Positions 13,189-24,270 of a stretch of 64,000 bases of DNA are shown one piece after another. Source of the stretch: Chlorokybus atmophyticus (taxonomy: Eukaryota; Plantae; Mesostigma and Chlorokybus algae); assembly GCA_009103225.1 (NCBI GenBank), contig RHPI01003244.1, positions 62,001 to 126,000 of the forward strand, read 5' to 3'. The notes under the pieces were generated by a model. The model saw only the letters and a list, made by a program, of their open reading frames with translations, made no database searches and was not told where the DNA came from. Each line of letters opens with the position of its first letter. The stretch's first letter is position 1. The translations under genes and the position numbers were made by a program.

Positions 13189-13198
13189 GTCACGTGAC
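13189..13198. promoter_or_regulatory. Palindromic G-box/E-box GTCACGTGAC upstream of the PDCD4-motif gene
   Basis: Perfect 10-bp palindrome in a GC-rich stretch ~375 bp upstream of the ATG. Similar CACGTG cores lie at ~17165 (upstream of PSA3) and ~23041. Function is inferred from position only. Confidence 0.3.
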
Positions 13199-14199
13199 CT
13201 ACCTCATTGCTGCAAGCCGCCGAAGTCATGATGTCAGGCTGCATGACTCATGAGTCATCACGCTACGCGCATTTGTTTCTTTATTTTGACCCAACAAAAG
13301 TGCAAGTTGCGAAATGTAGGGGTGTACTTGTGCACAACATCATGATGTTGAACACGTACGAACACAAGCTACTCATGTACATTTTGTGAAATCCAGTGAA
13401 CGTTAGAATTGTATGACTTGAACTATTCGAAATTCATATACGCAAAAGATAATTTAGTTAAAACACCAAAATTCAAAAACGTCATGCGTCTCAACTGAGC
13501 GGTTCACGAGGGTGGTTTGTTAGTGGATGCATGCACACAGAACAGTAACATACTCCTTTGTACACAACCGAGTGGGTATAGTGAGTACCATGTGCGAGCT
13601 ATGAGCATTGTGAAAGATGTGGTTATACGTAACGCTACGTGTAATCATAATAAAAGACAACGACTCGGCTCGCTAATCAATCAGCGCAGATATTATTATT
13701 GTAGCAAACAGTACTTCATACACAAACCATCACAATACACAGTAGTATGTTTGCTCTTTACACATGGGTAACGTTTTCAAGCGACTTATTTGCATTTAAT
13801 AGTTTTGTAAAACTTGTTGCATTGCATGTAAAGAAAACGTAATTGCAATCAGCACAACTTGTGCTAAAACAAATTGTAACATATTGATATGTTACATTAT
13901 TCTAATGTACGGTTGAAGTATAATGGTGAGTAGTTGCATAACATCATGATGTTTTAAGTCATTATTTCAATATCATGAAATTGATACTTGTTTTTAAAAT
14001 ATGTGTAACTTATGTATTAAATGTCCAGTAGGCCCATGCATAGCATGCAATGTTATGCCCGCAATCCAAAGCACTTCACATATCCTATACGCACAAGTAC
14101 ATATGGAAGCAAGCAAGCAAGAGCAAATTAAGGTCGGGGCAACTAATACTATACGCAGTAACAAAGTACTTGTGTGAGGACAAGGGTACTGCCTATCTG

Positions 14200-14590
14200 A
14201 GAGGGTGAGCAGGGACGTCATGTGGACGCATTTGCCTCGGAGCGGGGTCGAGACTCGCGCATGCTGCTCGACGTCACCATCATCGGCAGCCACTACGTAG
14301 CGAGGTCAGCTGCACAAGTGCGAAGCGCGATAAGTACTTGAACCATTTCCGATAAATACGCTGATCTTGTTGGCGATTGGGTCGCACGGTTGGATAGGTC
14401 GCATGTTGATGGACTTATTGGCCACTTGTGCCCGCCGGGCGTTGGATGCTCGTGAGTTGGAGACGCAATAGCTATCACGCTTTGTGACTGCCTTCCGCCA
14501 GCACATATTGGTCATGTTCCAGCGCGCGCAAGCCACAGTCATTATGGCTCTATCTGCGTGCATGCAGGCCCCTCCTTGCCTGTGCACAAT
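14200..14590 (+). mobile_element. Decayed 3' fragment of a non-LTR retrotransposon (restriction-like endonuclease domain, CRE/R2-type)
   Basis: Frameshifted translation gives HVDAFASERGRDSRMLLDVTII..HYVARSAA / AKRDKY / LAIGSHGWIG..LMDLLATCARRA / FRQHILVMFQRAQATVI. This follows the RLE pattern D..LDVT..K..KY..LA.E..G..G..RQ..S..LQR..A. Confidence 0.55.
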
Positions 14591-15440
14591 AGATAGCATG
14601 TAGCGCTTAAGGACATTGCTCGTGTACATCCTACTGTATGGTTGTGTTTGGAGTAGGGGTAGCATTCGCCACTACACACCACAACCGCCAATTGGCACCC
14701 GTGTAATATATACATTCACTTGTGTGCGGAGGGAATGGGAGGACGAGGCGTTGGTCAGGCGGTGTAGCAGACAAGCAGCAGCTACCTGGTGGGCACAGCC
14801 GCTGGTTACTAACCTAATAACAGAGGTAGGAGTAGGGTGCAGCCAGCGCAGCAGCAGCAGCAGCACAGCTGGACAAGCAAAGTCATAGGGCGGGGCGGTA
14901 GTGTGGTGCTGTGCAGTGCAGTTTTGCAATGTGTGGCGGTGCTGGCGCTGCCATTAGGAGTTCCCCCGGCTCAGCATGTATACGGTATGGTAATGCATGC
15001 AACAAGCAAATAGATAGCGAGGCAAGTTGAAAATTTGGTGTGTATGTGTTTGGCGTGTATGTCGAGACATGCTTTTGCTTGTATATCATGTGTAATTGCT
15101 ATCTGTCAAGATGTTGACAAATGCAAGGACAATAGCAAGACTCAATGCGTGACTGCAACTCAGCCAAAATCCAACTATAATAACAGGCACACAAAGTATG
15201 ATGCAAGGCAAGGTAGGCAGGGGCAAGCGCAGAAGCAGACCAGCGAGCGGCTTGGCAGATGGTATCAGGAATCAGTGGCAGGTGGTCACCTCGGGGCCAT
15301 TGACCATTGCAATGTAAATACCAGTGCTCAAGACATGCTTATGCGCGCATGCATGACAACACTTACATCTATATTGATAACAACTGCAAAATCACAGCTA
15401 AAATATTGTTACAAAATATAAGCCAACATGGACGACCCTA

Positions 15441-17012
15441 CTAAACCGCTGCCTGTTCCTGTTCCTTCGGATCCTCCGTCAACACCTCAATCTCACCCGC
15501 TTTCTGCAACCTCGACAAGGACTGGGTGATGTGAACAGCATCGGCATCCTTGAAGACAATTGAAACAATCTCCCGCAAAGCGTCTAAACAATCGTCGCTG
15601 ACTGGCGCCGAAGGAAAAACGCACCGCTTCATGATCTCCACCGCCAAGTCCACACGCTTGTTGACTGAGAGCGAAGCTAATCTCTTTTGCACTGACTTTT
15701 TCTGCACGTCGCATTGCAAAGTCAACAATGCAAGTCCCCAATCACAATTGGCATGCAATATGATGGCGCAGCACAGCAACATACAGAGCGCGGCTTCTCG
15801 GTTACTACCTTATAATTTTCTTCTAGGAGCATGTTGAACGATTCCACCTCAAAGCCAAGATCCTTTGATGCTCTGAGCCTGTTCAAAACCACGCCTCTTG
15901 TCATTTACATATGCTCTCACTTTGTGCACAACAAAAGTATGCATCCACAGTGTGCACGTCCTGCAGATACACACCTGGAGGCGCCGCGCATGAGATCGTC
16001 TCGTGGCAAAACTCCTGCAGCGGCAGCGCCCAACCAGCAGCACCACAACACCACCCTTGAATCGGCGTACTGCCATTTGCAGCAAGCGGTTGGAAGTAGA
16101 AGCACCAAGTAACATGACGTAAAAGCAGTCTATAGTGCGTAGATGCTTCAAGCAAGCGTGTCATACTTGCCAAAGGCAGCATAATGTTATCGAGTGCACC
16201 CCAACCGTAACCTATGCTACAAACGGTAACTGACGTTCTCATACTCACTTGACCGTAGCGCTTCTCCAAGACATCAAGCGCTTCAGACAAGTCAGCAGCA
16301 CCACCGCTATACAGCCCTGCAACACCCAACCACCTCAACCTCAAATCCACAACAGTCTCAAGACACAACAACAGTGCCGGTTGTGCCCAGCTTACAGCAA
16401 ACATGGCACATAGAGTGAGCTAGCTCTGCTGGGGAGACACACCTCTGCAGAACGCTGAGTAGTCCAGGTAGTCCGCGCCGACACGTCCCTCGGGAGCCAG
16501 CAGGCGGGACACCAGACCCACCACGGGGAGACCAGCCTTGGCGCGAGCCATCCACTTGCCCACGAAACTGCCGACAGCATCCTAGAAGGGGACGCACGCT
16601 TCGAAAACGCATTGTGTGCCAACTCTAAGACGCAGACACAGACCAAGATGCATGCTTGAGACAAGTACACAGCAAGACGCGTGCTTGGCAACGACGAGTA
16701 GCATGCATGCTAGGTAGAATCTCACGCCAAGCCAAGCAAAAATGTGGACCCGCAGAGGGTTTGTTGTCCCCTCACCTCCGCGTCGGCATCGTCGTCGTCT
16801 TTGCGGCCGTCGGCAGCTGTCGCGCGCACCACCACCCCGGTGCTCCTCCTACTCACCGCCGTCTGCGAGCTCCGCTGCGGCCTCCATGCCGGAAGGAAAG
16901 CACCCCGTGCACAATGCGGCGCGGCGGCCGGCCGGCCAGCCGGCTGCAACTGCGCCCATGACGACGATGAGCAGCAGCTGCTGCTCGCCACGCCCGCCGC
17001 CGCCGCCGCCAT
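15441..17012 (-). CDS. PSA3: Photosystem I assembly factor PSA3-like, chloroplast-targeted
   Basis: Exons 16776-17012 (Ala/Ser/Arg-rich transit peptide ending VVVRA), 16443-16581, 16249-16316, 15975-16069, 15809-15878, 15441-15701. Motifs LPVVGLVSRLLAPEGRVGADYLDYSAFCR, RVVLWCCWLGAAAAGVLPRDDLMRGASRLRASKDLGFEVESFNMLLEE and RVDLAVEIMKRC match the plant PSA3 family as I recall it. Confidence 0.82.
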
Positions 17013-17736
17013 CGCCGCCTGCCCCGCCGGTACCGCCGCCGCTGCAGCACAAGACCGGTCAGCTATGACTGCGGTTAGCGAGCTTCTCAGTCGACGGAAA
17101 CAGGATCGTCGCATCCGGAGTGTGATCCGGATCACATGACCGCGTTCTGAAGCCACAGTTAGGTCACGTGAGGTAGGGTTTTGCTCTCTGCTTTGCTGGA
17201 CAAGCTGTCAACAAACAACACACGCGGGGAGAGCGGGCCTGTGGTGTGTTACTTGATCTACGTGGTGTAGCTCAACAAGCATTGCGTTTCGACTGATTGG
17301 TGTTGGTGTGCAAAACCAGAGCTGGGGTCTGGGAGTTAGGTGGACACAACACTACATTGCTGATCATGCAGCGACCCGCCTGAAGACTCCGGCACTGCAC
17401 CACGTCACGCGCACACTGGTGTGATGGGCCTTGCTGACCGTGACGTCATTGTTGTCCTTGGGCTGATTGATGAGCATGATGGTCATTGATCTGTTGTTAC
17501 TAAAAACGACGCCGGTAGTGTTGCCCCGGCAGGGCTTGTGGTCACCGAGTTGGGTAGTTGCTCCAAACACGAGCACCGCATAACATCGTAACTGCTTAGA
17601 CAAGCGTGGGTTTGTGCGCAGTTGCTGATGCCAAGAGTTTGACAACCGGACGCTTCAACCCAGGCCACAATCGCCACTTTACACGCAAGCACATGATGCA
17701 GTGAAGCTGAGGTGTGTAGTTTCACGCACCCAAACA

Positions 17737-19586
17737 ATGGCACGAACCATCAGCAGCAGCAGCGGCAAGCCGCCCCCCGCGCCGTCCTCAACAACAACAG
17801 CAACATCTACCTCAACAGCAGACCAGCACGCGCCCAGCACCAGCGCCAAGCCTCCCGCTTTCTCAGCGTCTGCAGCCACCACCACCTCCGCCTCGGCGTC
17901 GTCGTGGTACAGGTGGCTGCTGCTGGCGTGGGCAATCGCACTGCTGTGCTTTTCCTCCACACTGCTAGGTGCGATCAACCCACGTCACGGTGTAATTATC
18001 ATCATGTTGCATGCACCTCCATCACTCAACATGGTGACGTTACTAGTCATTGCCTTATACTTGATACAATAACGATTCTACCCTACCACTATCATCCCCA
18101 CTCACCTCCACGCCCCCCTCCCAGACGGCGCCCACGTGCGTGTGCGCGGTTCCAGCGGCAGCCCCGGCGTGGTCGGTGGGGTCGCGGACGTGCGTGGGGA
18201 GGACGGGTACGGCGCTGCGGAGGGCGGGGCGGGAAGGCAGCTGCAGAACTACGTCCGAAAGGGTAGGGTGTAGTTGTGGTAGTGACGGTGATGATGCTGA
18301 TGTGGATGCATGCATGCGTGTGTGGTGGGTATGTGGTTGTGTGTGTGTGACACTCTTGTGTGTTGATGTGGGCAGGGCACAAGTTGTGTGATACGACGGG
18401 AAACTGCACGTGTGACAGGGGGTATGTTGGGGAGTCGTGCCAGACTGGTAAGGCGAGGGGTTGTTGAGTGTATCGGATATGGTTGTTTTTGTTGTGTAGC
18501 TTGAGTTGACAATGAAACGACACACAGCGGTGTGCGAGCCCGGGTGCGTGCATGGCAAGTGCCTCCGCCCCTCCTACTGCACATGCGAGGAAGGCTACCG
18601 AGGCCGCACATGCAACGAACGTGAGTGTTGCTGCTGACGTTTTCGTTGGCTTTGTCGATGTGTCAGAGACAAACCTCAACGCTTACATGACGTGTGAGCA
18701 GCGGTGTGTCCAAAGGGATGCGGGGCGAAGGGCAAGTGCACGCAACCCAACTTCTGCTCGTGCGAGCCTGGGTATGACTTCAATCGTCGGAAGCGTGTCG
18801 TACAACCGCTATCGCAACACATCCACTGTGGTTGTTACAACGCCCCCAAGTTGTTGTGCATGATGTGTGTATGTGGTCAGGTGGTACGGTTTCCAATGCC
18901 AGAAGCGGTGCGAGCACGGCAAGTTTGGTTGGAAGTCTCAGCAGTGCGAGTGCGACCAGGGCTGGTCCGCCGCCGACTGCTCCACACGTAAGAGGGGGGT
19001 TAGATAATAGTACACAACAACCCAACATAACAACACGCGTGTATGCGGGACTGACTGACATCTTCAACCCACTTTAACAACAGCGGTGTGCCGGAGCGTG
19101 CGCTGCGTGCGTGGAGAGTGCGTGGCTCCCGACACCTGCCGATGCGAGTTCGGATACACTCTGGCCAACTGCTCCCTCGGTACGTCAACAACAACAACAA
19201 CATCACCATCACCATCACATCTGTTAATGGCATATGGTACTCATTGTCGTTACGTGTGTGGCAGATGCGGTGGCGGCGGCAGTCGATGACTTGATGGACA
19301 GCGTGTCCCTGCGCGTGCGGCGGCTGCCCGCCCTCGTGGCACACCGATCCACCTCCGAGAGCGCCGACCGCGAGGCACGTCGTTATGTTGTTGTTGTTGT
19401 TGTTGTGAAGACGTCAGTGAGTGAGTGAGTGTTGACGCGCTGCACGACAAGCAGTCTTGGGGTTACGTGAGGAAGTGGACGAGCAGCGTGGACTCGCAGT
19501 GGAAGCTCAGCAAGAGCAAGTTCACGGAAATACTCCCGGCTGAAGACTTCCTCCTACCTGTAAGCAGTTGATGGACTACACGCACG

Positions 19587-19617
<31 letters not shown>

Positions 19618-20924
19618 TCTGTCGCAGTACACGCGGGCGCGTTTCAAGCGTTGCGCTGCGGTGGGCAACAGCGGCGGGCTGCTTCAGGCGCGTGCGGGCG
19701 CGTCCATCGACGCGCACGATGCGGTGCTGCGGTTCAACGGCGGTCGAACGCGCGGCTTCGAGGAACACGTCGGATCGCGCACCACGTACCGACTACTCAA
19801 CAAGAACTGGGGAAATGCACTCATACAGGCACGCCATGCCACCTCTGTCCTTCTCTCTGGCTTGGTGGTTGTGTGTGCTCGCACACAACATGTGCACGTG
19901 CTTATGCACATGTCAACAAGTGCGTACGCACACACGCACGCACAAGCAGCGCACTTTGCTGTGCAAGCAGAAACATCAGTCCTTAAATCAGTCAGCCACT
20001 GTTCTACTATTTTTCGCATAGCATACCAACATGTTCAAGAATCCAACTTCTCTGTCTGTGCCTCTGTGTTGTCGCGTGCAGAAGGCGCAGAACGCGTTGG
20101 AGCTCAAGAGCAAGCGCAGCAAGTCCTCATCCCACTCAGACGAGGTACACCTCCTCACCACCTCTCTCTCACCACCCACCACCTCATCACCCACCCCACC
20201 CCACCCCACCCCACCTCCCCACCTCACCCCATACACCCATGTCCCCAGGCCCCCGCCCTCCTCTGGCGCGCGGAGAACTTCCACCCCTACATGTCCTACC
20301 GCGCCCACGACCCCACTTCGTCACCTTCCACGTCACCAGCGTACCTGCTGTCCCCGGAGTTCCTGCTCCACACCGTCGCGGCCTACAAGACGCTGCTGAG
20401 ACGCATGGAGGAACGCAACGTCACGTTCGAGGGGGCGCAGTCGGCGCCCAACGGGTTCGTGGGGGTGGCGCTACTGGCCAACATATGCCAGGTGGGTGGG
20501 CATGCCCGTGTTTCGTTGCTTGATTGGGTGGGTGGGTTCCTTGCTGTGAGCGAGACTGGAAGGTGTGGACACTCACGGTGTGCGTCGTGATACTTCCTTC
20601 TTCAGCGCGTGGATGTGTACGGGTTTGACACGATGTCGAGGCTCCGCGCCCTCCCCGCACAGTACTACTCCCGAGAAAAGGTAAGCAAGTACACCTCTCT
20701 CTCTCGCGCTCGCTCTCTCATGCTTGACGCACGCACCGACCATCCCCAACCCAGGTCTCCAACGACGCCGTCCACGCCGGTGACGCAGAGTTGGGTTCCC
20801 TGCGCGTGCTGGACGCGTTCGGTGCCATCCGCCTCTGCACCGTCGACCGACTGGAGGAGTGCATCTACGAGGACGAGCGGGAGGGGCTGGGGACGGGGAC
20901 AGGGGGATGGAGTAAAGTGATCTG
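17737..20924 (+). CDS. Type II membrane GT29 sialyltransferase-like protein with four EGF-like repeats in the stem
   Basis: Thirteen exons: 17737-17968, 18125-18262, 18528-18620, 18702-18771, 18881-18987, 19084-19179, 19265-19374, 19455-19559, 19628-19828, 20082-20144, 20249-20491, 20606-20680, 20755-20924. Transmembrane segment [19 protein letters not shown]; EGF units such as [27 protein letters not shown]; sialylmotif L ([35 protein letters not shown]), S ([22 protein letters not shown]) and VS (HAGDAE). Confidence 0.9.
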
Positions 20925-21196
20925 AGATGTGTGTGGTGTAAGTTGTGACGTAGGCGGGGCATAGGGTAGAACAAAGGGCATATGGGGTGGTGTTGATGGT
21001 GGGGGAGGATGTGTTGGGAGATTTAGGTGATGGATGGGAGGTAACACGAGTGGTGTTTTGTGTCAATGAGTGTTGCGTGAGACCATGGTAAGTCTGGTTG
21101 TGTAGGACTGCAATGATGAGTACAAGCCATGTGTTGATGTTCGCCATGTCTTGTACTACTATTCACAAGTGTCACAATTGTGTTGCATTTCGCACC

Positions 21197-21199
<3 letters not shown>

Positions 21200-21232
<33 letters not shown>
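21200..21232. repeat. (TA)n microsatellite
   Basis: About 16 TA units, read directly. Confidence 0.95.
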
Positions 21233-21235
<3 letters not shown>

Positions 21236-24200
21236 CATATAGCATGGGTTAGCATAGCATACGTCATCATATATGGCACATACCTTACACATCACATGAA
21301 AACCCAGCCCCTGAGTTGTAGTTGTAGCTGGTTGATTGATTGCTTGGTAAATTGTTTGGCCCCCATGTTGCTGTTGTTGTTGCTTAACCTCAGTCTGCAT
21401 GCTATACCTCGCGCATGGTTGAAAGGCATAAGGTGACCAAGTGTTGAGCACTTCTAACAAGATCCTCTTTCAATAAACATGCATCATTTGCCATACATCA
21501 TGAATTTGCTATCTGAATAAGTGTAACGGCATTTTGATGAAAATTTGATTGGTATTCGAAATTATTTAAAAATGCAATTATCTAAATAACTTACCTTGGA
21601 TATATAAAAAATACACTGTGTGTAATTGTAAAATACAGTTCTTACACATGATAAGTGACGTTGTTCTCATGTTGCAAAAGTATATACTACTCGAAACGGT
21701 ACACGTCTACATATATGGCATACGCTAAAGCTCAACTTAATCAAATCAGTCAAAGTAATTATATTTAAAGAAAGCTTTTTGTAACCTTCCTTGATAACAT
21801 TGCTTGATATGTGGTTGGATATTGCAACCTTACATGGCCTGCAATTCTTATCGTAGCTTATAACCGCGTGTGCATTTTGATACATGCGAAGCATTAAAAA
21901 TGGAACTTATAGTCACAAGTTGTACGCGCAATAAATTGCACTAAGAAGTTAGTTAAAATGTTCTTGTCAAGTTGATTATCGTTGGCGCTAGTAAGCACAC
22001 AATGTAGGTTGACAATTAGCATTTTACTATGATTGGATCGCACATGCCGACATATCATTGCAATGGCAGCAAGTTTGTTCGATGTTATTCTTGACGGGCT
22101 TGCGTTTTGCTTTATTCCTTTTTAAACATGCAGATGAAGGGTAGTTTGAAGACGTTTAAGGTCTCAAAGGGTGGGTTAAAGTGTTTATTACATTTGGAAG
22201 AGCCGTAAGTTAAAGGTTGAATAAGTGTAGTAACATGCAAAGCACTTGACTCCAACATTAAACATCATTAGCCACCTTACTTGGTCGCCTCGCGTGTTTC
22301 CCTTCGAGTTCTTACGAGAAGTCGCCTTGATAAACATGCAAGCTGCAAGGAAAAGTGGATTCCATCACCGGTATTTATCAATTGGATTCCACCAAGACAT
22401 AGATTGCTTGACACATGTGTCAATATAACAATATGTGCAATGTTATCATTATCGTTACCACCTTTATTGTTTATTTCATGACCATAGCTGATATCCATCG
22501 CAAATCAGCTGTGCTGTAATGATAAAATATGCAATTACTCGCTTAAAACCGCTGCTTACCTGCATGCAATACTATACACTTTTCATTGTCCCTATGTCGC
22601 ATTATGTACGTCACAAACAAATTAATTGGCATATATAATATGTTTTTACCTATTATATATTACATGATGTTTATGTTTCAACTTTAATATGAATAGCTGA
22701 TAGCATGTAGAAATTTAAAGTGCAACGTGAATATCATATGATATGGTTTTATACTAGTACTGCAAGATAGTTAAAGGCAAGGTATAAAGAGGCTGTAGCT
22801 CATAATTGTGGCGGCCACTTGGATGTGGTAACATGTTACATATATGTCAATTAGCTCACACACATCCCGTGACAAATTAAGGCCACCCTTTGTCACGCAG
22901 GAGGTCACCAAGCTCTAACGTTTAGCGAGGGTTTCTCTATGTTTGTGTGAGGCGCAGCCAGAAATTAAGTTGCCCACGTGTCAATCATCGGTGTTCCTTC
23001 TCAGCACACGCGAGCAGGACCCACGTCAGCAATTGATGGGCACGTGACGTTGCTATACAGTGTATACTGTATAGCAAGCACCATGCCACCGTGGAGGCCG
23101 CGGTCCACCTCAGCACCGGTGTTAAGCGACGCCTCAACTTGAGGCCCTCAAGGACGGTTATCTAAACCGGGCGTTTCCACGTCAGAAATGGGCGGCAACA
23201 CTAGGAAAGGCCGCTGACTCAGTCGTTAAACCGGTTAGGCCCCTAGGCCTCACCGAACTGGTGCAGGCCCCTGGTCACAACCTGACCAAGCAACTGTGAC
23301 GAGGAGCACTTGCAGCCTACGCAGTGTGCGAGGGCTTTGAGTATTGAGTGAACAACAATATTTGATTGGATCACAACTCCCCCCAGCCAGTTGTGAGTTG
23401 GCATGGCATGCCACTCGTACGCCGGCTCGGCCGCGCATCATGAGGGCTGCGTCAGAAAACAGGTAGAAAATGAAGAGAAAACCCTCAAATCTCACTTCCA
23501 CCTCAGCGCATCGGGAAGTTGCGATTCGGCAGAGAACTTGTGAATTCGGGTAAAAACCCTACCAATACAATGCAGCGGTTTCCCCGCACTCGGGCGCGTG
23601 CTGCCTACGTCGTCGAAGGCTGACGGCGATCGCTGCGTCCTCAGCACCGATCTGAGACTGAGGGCGCGTGACAGCCGCCGATCTCCTCAACACACTCTGC
23701 GACTGTGCTACGTCAGATTGACGTGCGAAACTCACATTGAGCATGTCTTCTTCAAGGAACACAGGGTTTCTGTGAAATTGGGAAATTCCCTTTTTGTAAA
23801 ACCCCGTTTTTTGTGGCGCAAAAGTACGCGCGCGCGGAAAAAACGCAATCGAGGGGGCGGGGAGCGTCGTTTCGAGGCCCTCGCCGCTTTCCAGTGTTTC
23901 CCTGTTTTTCACGCCACCCGAGTAAACTGTCGGAGGGCAAAAGCGGCCTCCACGTCAGCGTAGGTAGGCGGCGGGGCGGGGGGCAAGAGGCAACTCCTGC
24001 TGCCACTACTGTGCCCTTACTCCTGTCGCCGCCGCTGCTAGTGCTAGCAGGGCGGAGGGGAGAGGTACAAGTAGTCACCGAGAGGAGGACGCGTTGTGTG
24101 TGTGTCACACAGTGCGTTGGTGGCTGGGCGTGTGGGTGCGTGTGTGAGGAGCAAGGCGGCATTGTGCAGCGCAAAGAGGAGGAGAGGAGCATCGGATCCG

Positions 24201-24270
24201 TTTGCTGGCTGTTGCTGGTTGCTGAATTTACTTGCAGCTTGGTGGCGTGGTGGGTAGGGTTTGTGTGGAA

